From positions 1 to 44,149 of the IMG/VR virus record IMGVR_UViG_3300022177_000069: a DNA stretch of 44,149 nt; one strand, 5' to 3'. Shown here one piece after another: positions 8,613-19,299 of the stretch. Made by a program: the position numbers and the translations under genes. The notes below the pieces were generated by a model. That model saw only the letters and a program-made list of their open reading frames with translations. It was not told the DNA's origin and made no database searches. The DNA comes from a virus (Duplodnaviria > Caudoviricetes). Position 1 is the first letter of the stretch. Each line of letters begins with the position of its first letter.

Positions 8613-11600
8613 TTACAGGTTTGCATTATTTTTCAACCGGGTATCTTCTTCCATTGTCTCGTAAAACCCTCCGCGCCCGTGAAGCGCTACTGTTGATTTG
8701 ATTGGCTTTTCCAACCGGGTTTTGAGCGCTGCCATTACAATGGTATTCTGACGAATAATCTCGAGTAATGCCGGATCCTGGGCAGGAGCAGATGAAGGCT
8801 GATTGCTTGACGGATTATTGCCTGACATATCACTGATATAACCTCCCTGCTGGCGGCCGGGATAGGTCCTTGTGCTCTCAAGGATTGCCGGAAGGTTAAT
8901 GGTTGAAAGGTTTCCATTCAGCCTGCCCATTTCAAGGATATCCAATATTGGCCTAATGGTGGGGTTATTTACCCCTGCATCAGAAACAATGTACTCAGAA
9001 GACCCCTGCTTTTCTCCGGCTATTATAGTCGGAGTACTTACATAGCCCCGTTTTCGGGGATCATGTTTTGCCCTGAAGCGCTTGCCATCCTGAGCACGTT
9101 GCACATCCAGGTAACCACCGGTTTCGCGCCCTGGTAACTCCGGAAGCGGAGTTTTTATGATAGCGCCAACCTGAAGCCCACCCATTGCTCCTACGATACT
9201 GGCTAGAATCAGACCCAACGGTGGGGCTACCGTCAGAGCTGATGTAATTGCAGCAGCCGTATTAACAATTGCATTCATAAGTGCGACATTGCGCGAGCGC
9301 ACAGCCTGCCGATACTCAAATTCTGCTTTCTTCTTATCCAAGTCTTCATCCAGTTTTGAAACCTGGTAGTTGTATGCCTCCTGAGAAATTAAGCTATTAT
9401 CAAGATAATGCTGAAGTTGATCCTTTTGCTTGTCTACCGACCGCTCAAATTCTACTAGTCTTGATTCCTCACCGGCTGAAACATTATCATAATAAGCTTG
9501 CCAGACCATCCCCAGGGCCTTCACACCCATGATCAGCTCATCGATGCCGCCTTTCCCGTCTTTCAGGTTCTGAAACAACAACTCCCAATCCTCCGGAGTA
9601 AAGCCCAGGATATCGGTACTCATGCCCCCGATCCTGCCCGCTTTCGGATCTGTTTCCTCTGAACCTGCAGTAAGGCCGGAGAGCAGTTTCTTCACTTCGT
9701 TGATCCGCTCAACAAGCACCTGTCTTTCTTCTTCAGACAATAATGTGTCACTCAGGTTCAGGCCTTCCCAGTCTCCGGATCCCATAACCTGCTGAAGGGT
9801 CTCAAGCAGCTTCTGCAGATGTTCCCGGGTAAACTGCTCCTCCTCTATGGCCTGTTGCCTGCGGAGAATTCGTTTTGCCTTATCCAGGCTCCGGATCTTC
9901 TGAAGCTCTTCGTTCGACATGAACTCAGAAAGGATCTCTTTTGCCTGGGCGAGCGATGTAATTGAATTGAGTTCATCAGCATTGCGGAGCCGCATTGTGG
10001 CCATGATTGTTTCATACTCCTGCTGGATCCGCTCAATCTCATCCTTCATGGCATCCGCATCCAGTTTGGCCAGCTTTTGATGATGCAGTTTTTCCAGGCT
10101 TTCAAGGGCTGCCAGTTCCAGGGCGGTCATTTCTTCACGCGATTTTCCAAAAAGCTTCAGTTCAATTAACCGGTCTTCATGCTCCTGCTTTTCCCTGTCA
10201 ATTGCAGATTGCCCTTTCAGAGAGGCCTCAGTCAACTCTCCGGAGCGTTTTTCTTCCTCCTTGCGTATCTCAATAATTTTATCTGCAATGGTTTGCTGCA
10301 GGGCCAGCAGATCCTCTCCGGATTCTTTGCCTGAGAGTATCCTGTTTTTCAGGTACTCAATCTCCAGGGCCCTCAGCCGTTGCTGTAGTTCCTGTTCTGT
10401 GGCTATTACTCCTTCATTATAATCCTGTTTGAGTTTTAATGACTCCCTCAGGAAATTAATGTCAGAGTTAAGAGACCATTTTTTGTTTTTATTGTCCGGA
10501 GCTGGAGGCTCCGGAGGCCGGTTGTCCGGATCCAGGTTATCACCATCATTCAAACCAGCAGGAGATCCTTCCAGTGATTTCTCATACGCCTGAACTGCCT
10601 TTTCAACTTCACCCCGCATGGTTTCAAGGGCTTTAACGGTTTGCAGGTGCTCCTTCTCAGCCCGGTCACGCCGGTTTTTCGCCCGGTTAACAATGCCTGA
10701 ACGTGCGGCCTGGGCAGCAACACCGGCCTCCCCTCCCCCGACCACTTCATTCAAGGGGTTTTGGGCCATTGCTGACTGATACTCATTCTCTGCTTTCTGC
10801 AATTCCCGCTGGGCAGCAGATTCTTTTTTTATCAGTTCAATCATTTCTTCCTCGGCTGCCTGCTTCCGGAATTTCATCTCAAGCATTACCAGGTAATCTT
10901 TGATGGCTTGAGTATTATGATTGATTAGGCGCCCTTCCTCGGTTAACTCAGCATTATAGCCAGGCATGATACGTTTGAGTTCTTCAATGGCCTGCTTTCT
11001 TAAATTGTTGGATACATTTTCGCTTTCAATACGCTCCACCAGGAATTTGATTTTTGATGCTTGATCATCCAAGAATTCATTTGTCTTCCGGGATACATTA
11101 TTGAGCGCCTGTTTCTCTGCAGTAGCTTCTCGGGTGCGCTTTGCATAGGTAAAAAGCGCACCGGCAGCCAGGGTAACAATCCCAACCAGGAAACCAACGG
11201 GGTTCATCTTGGTAGCGGCTGAAAATACCCGCATTGCCTGGGCTGCCCCTTTCAGATTCCCGGTGAGCAACATGGTTGCAGCGGCATAAAGCTGAGTAGC
11301 TGCAATGGCTGCATTCTCAATAGTAATTTTGACTTTTGTAGCGATAATCTGCCTCAATGTAGCCTGGGTTTGCCGGTTCTGCCATAGGGTAGCCAGTTTT
11401 GTGGCAATCGTATAGGCCGCAATCGTAGCCGCTAGCTTTAGAATAGCGCCTGAATGTTTGATAAAGAACTCCGTCATCACAATTCCAGCTTTTACGAAGT
11501 AACTGAATCCAGAAGTAGAAACTGTGAGAGCCGGCATAAGTTTCTCTCCCAACTCTATTGCCAGATTATTTAAGGCCTTCCTTTTCTTTTCAAGGATCGC

Positions 11601-12773
11601 CTGGGCATTGTTGTTTTTGACGTTGAATTCTTCCTGAAGCGATGTGCCCTTTTCGAACTCCCGATTACTTATTTCTTGCTGCTCCCGGAGGATTTTGACA
11701 TTATTTGAAAGTACCCCAATAACACTGATTGCTCTTTTCCCTTCCAGATCAAGATCGCCCATGCTCTTAATAAGCTCTTCCATTCCGGCATCATTATTAT
11801 TCAAACCCTCAAGCAGTTTGATAAATGCTTCGTTGGCATCCTTTTTCAGAAGGTCAGAAAAGTCCTTTACATCCATTCGGGCTGCCCGGGCAAAGGCCGC
11901 AGTATCCTTAAACATGCCGGTTATTACCTGGCTGTATGCTGTACTCGACACTTCACTGGTTTGTCCCAGGTGATCGAGTGTAGCAGCCAATCCCATTACA
12001 TTTTGCAGTGAAATATTAGCTGAAGGAGCAATACCGGCCACTCGCTTTGTAAAGTTTACGATATATGCTTCATTGGCCGTACTTGCCATACCCAGCTCAT
12101 TGAGGGCGCTGCCGGTTTTGGTTATTGATTCTTCTATTCCAAACTCATCCCTTACCCCGAACACTGTTACGAGCTTACCGATCTGCCGTACAGCTTCCTC
12201 TGCATTGTCCCCCAGATCTTCCTTCAATGCGACGACTACTTTATCTGAAGCCCGGATAAAACCTTCAACATCTTTCTCCGCATTAATCCCCAGTTTTCCA
12301 GCAATGCGCCCGAGATCCAAAAGCTCCAGCTGGGCAGTTCGAGTGTCCACCTTTTTCAGCTCCTCGTTCATGGCCACTACCTGCTCACGGGTGAGGCCGG
12401 TTGTTTTGCGCACGTCTGATACTTTGTCATCAAACTCTGCAAACATGGTAATGGCTTTCTTTCCGGAGTACAGAAGGCCACTTACACCGGCAACAAAAGT
12501 GGAGACTGCCAGGAAGTATTTATTAATCAAGTTGCTTATATTCTTAAAGTTCCATGATTTGCTGACCGTTCTCAATTGGTCGTTGTGCTCCTGAATAATC
12601 CCTTTAAGAACCCGGATCCGTTTGCCGGCTTCCACATATTCGCGGCTGCCCCGAGTCATACGAGCCTGTTCATTAACGAGCTTACTCATCTCGGCCTTGA
12701 TAGAAGCTATATCGTTTTTAACCTCTTTGCCGTTGATGTATAAATTAATGCGCCTGGTGTAACTGCCTGCCAT
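8613..12773 (-). CDS. Tail tape measure protein
   Basis: 1386 aa, helical and Ala-rich; FDDKVSDVRKTTG TP901-type TMP core; hydrophobic segments; GGY...AGE C-terminal motif. Confidence 0.92.
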   Translation of the reverse strand: MAGSYTRRINLYINGKEVKNDIASIKAEMSKLVNEQARMTRGSREYVEAGKRIRVLKGIIQEHNDQLRTVSKSWNFKNISNLINKYFLAVSTFVAGVSGLLYSGKKAITMFAEFDDKVSDVRKTTGLTREQVVAMNEELKKVDTRTAQLELLDLGRIAGKLGINAEKDVEGFIRASDKVVVALKEDLGDNAEEAVRQIGKLVTVFGVRDEFGIEESITKTGSALNELGMASTANEAYIVNFTKRVAGIAPSANISLQNVMGLAATLDHLGQTSEVSSTAYSQVITGMFKDTAAFARAARMDVKDFSDLLKKDANEAFIKLLEGLNNNDAGMEELIKSMGDLDLEGKRAISVIGVLSNNVKILREQQEISNREFEKGTSLQEEFNVKNNNAQAILEKKRKALNNLAIELGEKLMPALTVSTSGFSYFVKAGIVMTEFFIKHSGAILKLAATIAAYTIATKLATLWQNRQTQATLRQIIATKVKITIENAAIAATQLYAAATMLLTGNLKGAAQAMRVFSAATKMNPVGFLVGIVTLAAGALFTYAKRTREATAEKQALNNVSRKTNEFLDDQASKIKFLVERIESENVSNNLRKQAIEELKRIMPGYNAELTEEGRLINHNTQAIKDYLVMLEMKFRKQAAEEEMIELIKKESAAQRELQKAENEYQSAMAQNPLNEVVGGGEAGVAAQAARSGIVNRAKNRRDRAEKEHLQTVKALETMRGEVEKAVQAYEKSLEGSPAGLNDGDNLDPDNRPPEPPAPDNKNKKWSLNSDINFLRESLKLKQDYNEGVIATEQELQQRLRALEIEYLKNRILSGKESGEDLLALQQTIADKIIEIRKEEEKRSGELTEASLKGQSAIDREKQEHEDRLIELKLFGKSREEMTALELAALESLEKLHHQKLAKLDADAMKDEIERIQQEYETIMATMRLRNADELNSITSLAQAKEILSEFMSNEELQKIRSLDKAKRILRRQQAIEEEQFTREHLQKLLETLQQVMGSGDWEGLNLSDTLLSEEERQVLVERINEVKKLLSGLTAGSEETDPKAGRIGGMSTDILGFTPEDWELLFQNLKDGKGGIDELIMGVKALGMVWQAYYDNVSAGEESRLVEFERSVDKQKDQLQHYLDNSLISQEAYNYQVSKLDEDLDKKKAEFEYRQAVRSRNVALMNAIVNTAAAITSALTVAPPLGLILASIVGAMGGLQVGAIIKTPLPELPGRETGGYLDVQRAQDGKRFRAKHDPRKRGYVSTPTIIAGEKQGSSEYIVSDAGVNNPTIRPILDILEMGRLNGNLSTINLPAILESTRTYPGRQQGGYISDMSGNNPSSNQPSSAPAQDPALLEIIRQNTIVMAALKTRLEKPIKSTVALHGRGGFYETMEEDTRLKNNANL

Positions 12774-12788
12774 TTCAATGAAATTTCA

Positions 12789-12827
12789 GGCAAAATACAG
12801 CCAGGCGCACCCTGGATGAAAGGACAA
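12789..12827 (-). promoter_or_regulatory. Late-promoter motif copy 2 (upstream of tape measure)
   Basis: Minus strand TTGTCCTTT-N21-TATTTTGCC. Confidence 0.7.
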
Positions 12828-12832
12828 CCAAA

Positions 12833-13132
12833 TCAGGCGTTATTAACCAGCCAGTAAATGGTTCCTTCTATGGTTTTCGAATTGAAGCCGATGCTGATCA
12901 TTGCATCATACACAGCTTCACTTTTTACCTTTACCAATGTCCCCCGGATGGATTCAACCATGTCAGGATGACTGATAAGGTCATCAGAGGATTCGGCATC
13001 ATGAGCCGGAAGGTACATACTGGAAATTACTTTCACAATAGTTTCCGGATCCAGCGGATCATCAGAGGCCTCTCCCTGAAGCCCGAAAAAAGGAAACATT
13101 CCCATAGCCAGCCCTCCTTTAAACAGCCTCAA
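12833..13132 (-). CDS. Small hypothetical protein (true start may be ATG at 13105)
   Basis: ORF coupled to the upstream small genes; no family recognised. Confidence 0.5.
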   Translation of the reverse strand: MRLFKGGLAMGMFPFFGLQGEASDDPLDPETIVKVISSMYLPAHDAESSDDLISHPDMVESIRGTLVKVKSEAVYDAMISIGFNSKTIEGTIYWLVNNA

Positions 13133-13373
13133 GGCTTTGAAGCATTGCTGCTACATTTGACAATGCAACTATTGATCTGAGGGCCTGCTGATCATCCTGA
13201 TTGTCCGGATCAAACCCGTCCAGATTCCTGCCGATCCACAACACAACATTTCCCAGTTGGCAGATATGTTCGCGCAACTGTTCATTGTCATTGCGCTGAA
13301 GTTCAACAATAGTTTTAAGAGCATTAGCGGTGATGGTATTATCGCCGCCCAGTTGGTTGGTGTTGGTTTTCAT
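13119..13373 (-). CDS. Small hypothetical protein
   Basis: 84 aa ORF overlapping its neighbours in an operon-like manner. Confidence 0.55.
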   Translation of the reverse strand: MKTNTNQLGGDNTITANALKTIVELQRNDNEQLREHICQLGNVVLWIGRNLDGFDPDNQDDQQALRSIVALSNVAAMLQSLEAV

Positions 13374-13678
13374 CTTATAGTTTCCTTTCCTTTTGAGATT
13401 TGTAAAATACCCCTCCTTTCACCTAATAGGATCTCAAGCATTTGATCAGGACTGTCCACTATCCAGGTTTCTTCACCACAGTTTTTCAGCTTCACAGAGT
13501 AACTGACGCATTGCCTGCGCTGAAGCAAGGCGATCTTAACCGCGCGAAGCTGCACCGGGGAAGCCTGGCCAATAAACGCCAGAACTTCGGATAAATTAGT
13601 TTTCTCCTTAAAAGGAATTGCTGCCGGCATTTGCCGACGCTCACGCCTGAACAGGCTGAGCTGGTGAGCTGCATTCAT
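13370..13678 (-). CDS. Small hypothetical protein behind a structured leader
   Basis: 102 aa; ATG follows an A-rich stretch right after the long hairpin. Confidence 0.55.
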   Translation of the reverse strand: MNAAHQLSLFRRERRQMPAAIPFKEKTNLSEVLAFIGQASPVQLRAVKIALLQRRQCVSYSVKLKNCGEETWIVDSPDQMLEILLGERRGILQISKGKETIR

Positions 13679-13688
13679 TTGTTTTTCT

Positions 13689-13790
13689 CCTTAACAGGCG
13701 AAGCCCTGAGTGTTGTCTCGGCTGCGAGCAACCGCCTGCCACCTCGCGATGGCAAGACACTCAGGGCTTCGCCCTATGTAGATGTTAAGG
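13689..13790 (-). repeat. Long inverted repeat / structured 5' leader
   Basis: Perfect 17-bp arms GGCGAAGCCCTGAGTGT (13697-13713) and ACACTCAGGGCTTCGCC (13757-13773), extended by CCTTAACA (13689-13696) and TGTTAAGG (13783-13790). Confidence 0.8.
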
Positions 13791-13821
13791 AAACGCATTG
13801 GCACTCGCTATTTAGACAGTA

Positions 13822-13829
13822 CAAAGATA
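13822..13829 (-). promoter_or_regulatory. Bacteroidota -7 promoter element
   Basis: Minus strand TATCTTTG matches TAnnTTTG, about 30 nt upstream of the hairpin. Confidence 0.55.
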
Positions 13830-13917
13830 CTGTACTTATCCAATACAAGAACAATACCACGGTAAAAATATTCTTTTACCGTGGAGAGTCAATACGGGAA
13901 AATGGGGACAGGGAAGA

Positions 13918-14328
13918 TTATCCTAAAGACATCAAAGCGGCAATTGCTGCATACATCTGATCTGCTTGCTTACCAGCTTTAAGAATCACATCTACCTCTC
14001 TACCTTTTGGTGCTATTGTAATATAGAGTAAAGAAGTATTCTTCTTTCTGCCACCAAGCAATCCACCTGCGACCAACCCAATACCACCGGTAAGAATACC
14101 ACCGACTACAGCACCTGCAGCAGCTTTACCGAGCGAACGCTTGCTTTTCTCATCAAGCGACAAATTCAGAATTTCATCGTAATCGATATAAACTGGTAAT
14201 TGAGTGCTCCAAGAGAGCTTTATTAGCCTTATGCATTTATCAAAATCATCAACTTCAACGTTAACAAGACATGGTAATGGCAGATCAGGGTGCCCTCCTT
14301 TGTATTCTATGTTAATGAATTTTTGCAT
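13918..14328 (-). CDS. Hypothetical protein with glycine-zipper membrane segment
   Basis: AAAGAVVGGILTGGIGLVAGGLLGG-RKK; lies downstream of the methyltransferase. Confidence 0.65.
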   Translation of the reverse strand: MQKFINIEYKGGHPDLPLPCLVNVEVDDFDKCIRLIKLSWSTQLPVYIDYDEILNLSLDEKSKRSLGKAAAGAVVGGILTGGIGLVAGGLLGGRKKNTSLLYITIAPKGREVDVILKAGKQADQMYAAIAALMSLG

Positions 14329-14392
14329 TTCTATTTAGGAGTTACTGAAAAGACTTTGGGTTGGAAACTCGTGACAAAAACTTAGCATGAAA

Positions 14393-16456
14393 TCAAATAT
14401 TGATTTCAACAATTTTACTCGTGTCAATTCCAAGAATGTCAACGACCTTCACCATTATCTTGTATTTCCCAGGTTGTTTATATTCGTAAGAAGTGCTTGT
14501 AAATTCAAGGGACGGGCTTTTCTTGGTCCGGAAACTTTGCCACTCGTTTTCAAACAGATAATTGCCTGTCCATTTTTCTTCAACTTCGCCTTTTTCGTTG
14601 TGGACTTTTATTATTTCTTTTTTGTCTTCGTAGTTGAAATCAATTGCCCAGTAATCAATCCAATCGTACCAGTTTTCGGTAAGTACAGTTCTTGTAATAA
14701 TACCGTTTTTGTCTTTAACCACTTTTACTATTTGTCCGTCCTCAATTACTACTTTGCTTCCAGCTCGCATTGATTGTTGAATATCTTCAATATCGTCTTG
14801 TGTGTAATGAGTTACAAAGTCGGTTAATTCAACTGTTACTTTTTTGCCATTGATTATTTCCTTTGTGTTTAAATAAGCAACATCGTAAAATTTGGCTTGC
14901 CCTTTTTCTACGGCACGTTTATCGAACACATCTTTGGGAATGTATTTTAATGTGATTGCAACACCTTTCTCTTTGAGTTCCTGAATAAATTGTGGTGTTA
15001 AACCCATTTCAAATTCAAAACCTAATACATCGACTTGAGTGTAAAGTTTTTGGCGACACTCTTCAAAAATATCCAACAAACGACTCTGTGTTACGGGAAC
15101 ATCTAAAGGACCAACATTGATAAATCTGCCTGCTTTACTTCCGTGCAGGGTTTTATGTCCTTCAATCCGTTTGGCTTTGTATGCTTCCAGAATTAAATCT
15201 ACATACAAATCTTCTTTGGCTTTTAGTTTTCCGTTGGTGAGGTCGTCCATAAAAAACTGGCGTTCGTACTTGCCAAGATTTAGTATTTCAAAAGCACGGA
15301 AATCTTTACCGCTTTCCTGCAATTCCCTTTGTATGCCAATCATTCGCTTACGTGTGGTGTGAACAGAAAACCTGCCCAAATCGGTAGTTATCCATTTTCT
15401 GCCCAATTTTTCGGCAACTGCTGCAGTTGTACCACTACCACAGAAAAAATCAGCAATTAAATCGCCTTCGTTGCTACTGGCTTTAATGATTCGTTCTAAT
15501 AGGGCTTCAGGTTTTTGAGTAGGATAGCCAAGTCTTTCATTACCAACTGGATTAATCATAGAAATTTCCCACATATCAGGCATTGGGACTCCTTTTGAAA
15601 CTTCATCAGTTAAAATAGAACGTCTAACACCATCTTCTCCAATTACACTGACCCATGCTTTACCATCACCAGAAGATTTATCTGATTTAGGAATGTAAAG
15701 CTGGTTAAAAATATGATTTCCTTTTGATTTAGAATAAAGGAAAATAGTGTCCCAATTTTTCGCAAATGCTTTACCAGCAATATTCCACCTTCGATAATAC
15801 CAAGCAACTTGATTGATAAAATTATCAACTCCAAAAATATCATCAAGTAAGAACTTTATGTAAGCATTAACTCTTCCATCAATATGCACATAGATACTTC
15901 CATCTTCCGATAATAAACTGTGCATTAATTTTAGGCGTTCGTACATCATTGTCAAGTAGGAAGAAATCCCCTTCCCCCATGTATCACGATAAGCAATTTC
16001 TTCAATAATGCTTTGTTTCTTTTCGGCTTTTTCTCCACCAATTTCGATTTCAAAACCAAAGTCGGCCCCAACGGCAAAAGGTGGGTCAATGTATATGAGT
16101 TTTAGTCCGCCTTCTTTTTCAATTTCTTCACGTATTGGTCCGTTTGCCAAAGAAGAAAGGATGAGTTTGTTATCACCCCAAATGAGTTTGTTTGTCCAGC
16201 CTTTTAATTGCCGTCCACGCATATCGAACATTTCAAACATATCGCCAGCTTGTTTGGCTTCTTTGCGAGGTTCGTCTATGTGTTCAATACTATGGAAAGG
16301 CAACGCAATGTTTGTTACATCTTCTTTTCTGCCATTCCAAAACAGGAAAACATCTTCTTCGTCTGAGAAAAGTTTATAAATATCTTCTTTGGGCAGTTTT
16401 TGTCCTGCTTTTATGATTTCAATAATTCGGTTTTTATCGTTGTCGTTCAAATTCAT
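14393..16456 (-). CDS. mod: Type III-like R-M DNA methyltransferase (Mod), N6A/N4C beta class, with long C-terminal extension
   Basis: LIYIDPPF (motif IV) precedes YPTQKP and DFFCGSGTT (motif I); translationally coupled to the Res gene. Confidence 0.88.
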   Translation of the reverse strand: MNLNDNDKNRIIEIIKAGQKLPKEDIYKLFSDEEDVFLFWNGRKEDVTNIALPFHSIEHIDEPRKEAKQAGDMFEMFDMRGRQLKGWTNKLIWGDNKLILSSLANGPIREEIEKEGGLKLIYIDPPFAVGADFGFEIEIGGEKAEKKQSIIEEIAYRDTWGKGISSYLTMMYERLKLMHSLLSEDGSIYVHIDGRVNAYIKFLLDDIFGVDNFINQVAWYYRRWNIAGKAFAKNWDTIFLYSKSKGNHIFNQLYIPKSDKSSGDGKAWVSVIGEDGVRRSILTDEVSKGVPMPDMWEISMINPVGNERLGYPTQKPEALLERIIKASSNEGDLIADFFCGSGTTAAVAEKLGRKWITTDLGRFSVHTTRKRMIGIQRELQESGKDFRAFEILNLGKYERQFFMDDLTNGKLKAKEDLYVDLILEAYKAKRIEGHKTLHGSKAGRFINVGPLDVPVTQSRLLDIFEECRQKLYTQVDVLGFEFEMGLTPQFIQELKEKGVAITLKYIPKDVFDKRAVEKGQAKFYDVAYLNTKEIINGKKVTVELTDFVTHYTQDDIEDIQQSMRAGSKVVIEDGQIVKVVKDKNGIITRTVLTENWYDWIDYWAIDFNYEDKKEIIKVHNEKGEVEEKWTGNYLFENEWQSFRTKKSPSLEFTSTSYEYKQPGKYKIMVKVVDILGIDTSKIVEINI

Positions 16457-19131
16457 TATGATTCTTTATTTTCGGTTACGGTAAAAATTTTAACTACTTC
16501 GGAAAACGATTTAAAATCGTTTTTAATATCGTCCCATTTTTCCTGATTAATGTAAACAGGCGAATAGGTGTAATCCTTTTGTGCTGTGTTTATATCTTTA
16601 CACCACACAAAGAGCCGTTGAATTTTGCGAATATCGTCTAAATCTTCACGCCCTTTAGTTTCTACAATATAAAAGGTTTTGTCGCTGGTTTTTACAAAAA
16701 AGTCGGGGTAATATTCTCGTATGTTTCCGTCTTGTGCCTGATATTCAATTTTAAAATTGATACCACCTTCGCCCATTGTATTTTTTGCATACGAAACTAC
16801 ATCGTCAAAACGACTTTCGAGAAATGAAGCAAATTCTAATTCAAAAGGATTGTCGCCAATAATTTTATTGAACACCGATTTTTTAGGCACAATAAAAGGT
16901 TGGTTTTCTGCAATTTTAGGTTTCGATAATTTCAGGGAAATGTAGTTTTTAACTTCGGCTGTTCCTTTGTCAGTTACAGTTAATTCGTCAATTGCTTTTT
17001 TGAATGTTGATTTTAGTATTTCTTTTGGCTGAATTTCAGAGAGATTACGCAATGTTTGAGCATCGCTTAGTTCTACTTCTTTTGTAAAGAGTTTGTATTT
17101 TATAAAACTTTCAACCTTTGGATAAAGAATATCAAAACCACTTACCAAACGGCTGTCTTTTAATATTGTAGCTGTGAAAAAGCCAATTACATTACGATAA
17201 TCGGGAACGGTATCTTTAAATATAGTTTTGTGTGAAAAATCACCTTCAATATCGTTGAAAATGATTTCTTTCAATTCATCATTGCTGAATTTTTTAAGTG
17301 GTGATTTTTCGTTGGTAAACTTGCTAACGTCTATTAATTCAAGATTTTTAAACTCTCTATAAATACGTGGACTCATTTGTGGAATTGGAATATCTAATTT
17401 GTCCAAATCTTTATTCGGGTTTTCCTTGTCAACCTCCACAATAACAGGCGATTTCCCTTTTGTGCCTTTACCCATTGGGCTGTATTGAAATTCAACCCCT
17501 TCGGTTTTTAAACTTTCAACAAACTCCAAAAACGCTGGAGTACCAACAACAACCAAATTTTCTGGCGTATCTAACGAAAACATTTTTCGCAAGCCTCTGC
17601 CTATGGTTTGTTCGGGTAATATTTTAGAATCGGCACCAAACGGACGTAAACCAACAACAGTTGAAACATTTCTTACATCCCAGCCTTCACGAAGCATTAA
17701 AACTGAAACAACCGCTTTGTATGGCGAATCATCTTTATCAATGTCATCAGCCGCTTTTCTTAATTTCTCTAACTCTTCTTTTGCCTTCTTGGAAGTTGCT
17801 GTTTCGCTTATTTCACCCGAATTATTAGTATGAATAGTAAGTACTGAATTTTTCATTTTAGGATAAGTGCTTTCCAAAAAAGCGGCTGCCTGGTCGGCTT
17901 CCTTAGTGCTCATTGTCATTATGAAAAGAATGGGTATTTTTTGGCTTTTCAATTCTTCGTATTGTTGCTCCCATTCCAAGTATCCCAAATGAATGTAATC
18001 ACGGTAACGTTCAACAAAATCGGAAGAATCTTTCTCCTGAATTTTTTGTCGTGATGCTTCATCAGGTAATACAGGCGACTTAACAACATTTTGTTTTATA
18101 GCTTCGACCAAAGGATAATCGCAAATAGTCTGAACAAAAATAGCTCCGTTGTTATGTTTAGGTGTTGCTGAATAATCGGCCTGTAAACTTAAACCATTGC
18201 CGTTTTTAAGCTTTAGTTTATTGCTAATATCCTCAATGCTTTTAAACCAAGCCAATGAACTATCGTGAATGTGGTGGGCTTCATCGTTCAAGACAATCAA
18301 GTCTTTTATTTTATCGGTACGCAAAACCTTACCTAAGTCTAACCCTTTTGAGATGTCGGCATCGGGTTTTGGTTTCACGCCTAAGAAAGTATCTTCAAAA
18401 CTTTGTTCGGGTTCTTCGTTCAAAAATACTCTGTGTATGTTGGTTAGAAAAATATTTCCCGATTCGGTTATTGGTTTAAGCTCGTCCTGAATGTGTAAAG
18501 TTAGTTGAAAATCGTTTTTCCAGTCTTTGTCGGCATATCCATTTTCTGGGATAAAAGGCTCGTCAAAAAACATTTTTAAGCCGTCAAAGTCTTTACGTAA
18601 ACGATTCAAAACAATGATATTCGGCGCAATTACCAAGAAATTTTTTGAGAGAGAACTGTCAGTTTCATAGAGGTTATGAAAGTAGCTCCAAACCAAAGTC
18701 AAACCCATTACTTTTGTTTTACCTGCACCAGTTGCCATCTTCACAACATATCGTGTCCAACTTTCATCAAACATTCCAGTACTCACACGCCCAGAAGAAT
18801 CAAAACGCATCAGTTCGTATTTGTCCTTTGCTTTTGCAACTTCGTACAAATAGACTATTGATTCTATGGCTTCACGCTGCGAAAAGAAAAAACAAAATTT
18901 AGATTGTCCGATTAAGTGTTCTTGATTAAACCAAAAGTTCATCAATAGTTTAGAGGTCTCAGAAGCACCTGAATAATTATCTTCTCTCCATTTTGCGACT
19001 GCAAGCCGGATTTTATATACTAAAGGAGGGAGAAGTTTTTCATAAGCATTCTGGAACAACTCCATCTGAATCTGTGTCGGAGCCCAACGCTCATTTGGTG
19101 CTAATATTTCAAAGGGACTAGAGAATTTCAT
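16456..19131 (-). CDS. res: Type III-like restriction endonuclease (Res): SF2 helicase plus PD-(D/E)xK nuclease
   Basis: MATGAGKT Walker A, DEAHH, SATP, LREGWDV, EQTIGRGLR, and C-terminal YYPDF...VETKG. Confidence 0.9.
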   Translation of the reverse strand: MKFSSPFEILAPNERWAPTQIQMELFQNAYEKLLPPLVYKIRLAVAKWREDNYSGASETSKLLMNFWFNQEHLIGQSKFCFFFSQREAIESIVYLYEVAKAKDKYELMRFDSSGRVSTGMFDESWTRYVVKMATGAGKTKVMGLTLVWSYFHNLYETDSSLSKNFLVIAPNIIVLNRLRKDFDGLKMFFDEPFIPENGYADKDWKNDFQLTLHIQDELKPITESGNIFLTNIHRVFLNEEPEQSFEDTFLGVKPKPDADISKGLDLGKVLRTDKIKDLIVLNDEAHHIHDSSLAWFKSIEDISNKLKLKNGNGLSLQADYSATPKHNNGAIFVQTICDYPLVEAIKQNVVKSPVLPDEASRQKIQEKDSSDFVERYRDYIHLGYLEWEQQYEELKSQKIPILFIMTMSTKEADQAAAFLESTYPKMKNSVLTIHTNNSGEISETATSKKAKEELEKLRKAADDIDKDDSPYKAVVSVLMLREGWDVRNVSTVVGLRPFGADSKILPEQTIGRGLRKMFSLDTPENLVVVGTPAFLEFVESLKTEGVEFQYSPMGKGTKGKSPVIVEVDKENPNKDLDKLDIPIPQMSPRIYREFKNLELIDVSKFTNEKSPLKKFSNDELKEIIFNDIEGDFSHKTIFKDTVPDYRNVIGFFTATILKDSRLVSGFDILYPKVESFIKYKLFTKEVELSDAQTLRNLSEIQPKEILKSTFKKAIDELTVTDKGTAEVKNYISLKLSKPKIAENQPFIVPKKSVFNKIIGDNPFELEFASFLESRFDDVVSYAKNTMGEGGINFKIEYQAQDGNIREYYPDFFVKTSDKTFYIVETKGREDLDDIRKIQRLFVWCKDINTAQKDYTYSPVYINQEKWDDIKNDFKSFSEVVKIFTVTENKES

Positions 19132-19299
19132 ATTAGTTGATATCTTTAATGATCTTTGGGATCATGCTAAAACAGTATTTGAATTATTTCATAAAACTTG
19201 TGACTACATTATACCAATCAAAAGCTCTTACAATATTAGGCAATAAAACTCATTATGTACACATTCTATACATAAAAAAAACACTTAATACATTGTTAT

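Noticed and set aside
14393-16456. Phase-variable mod gene
   Set aside because: No simple-sequence repeat tract is seen in or before the ORF.
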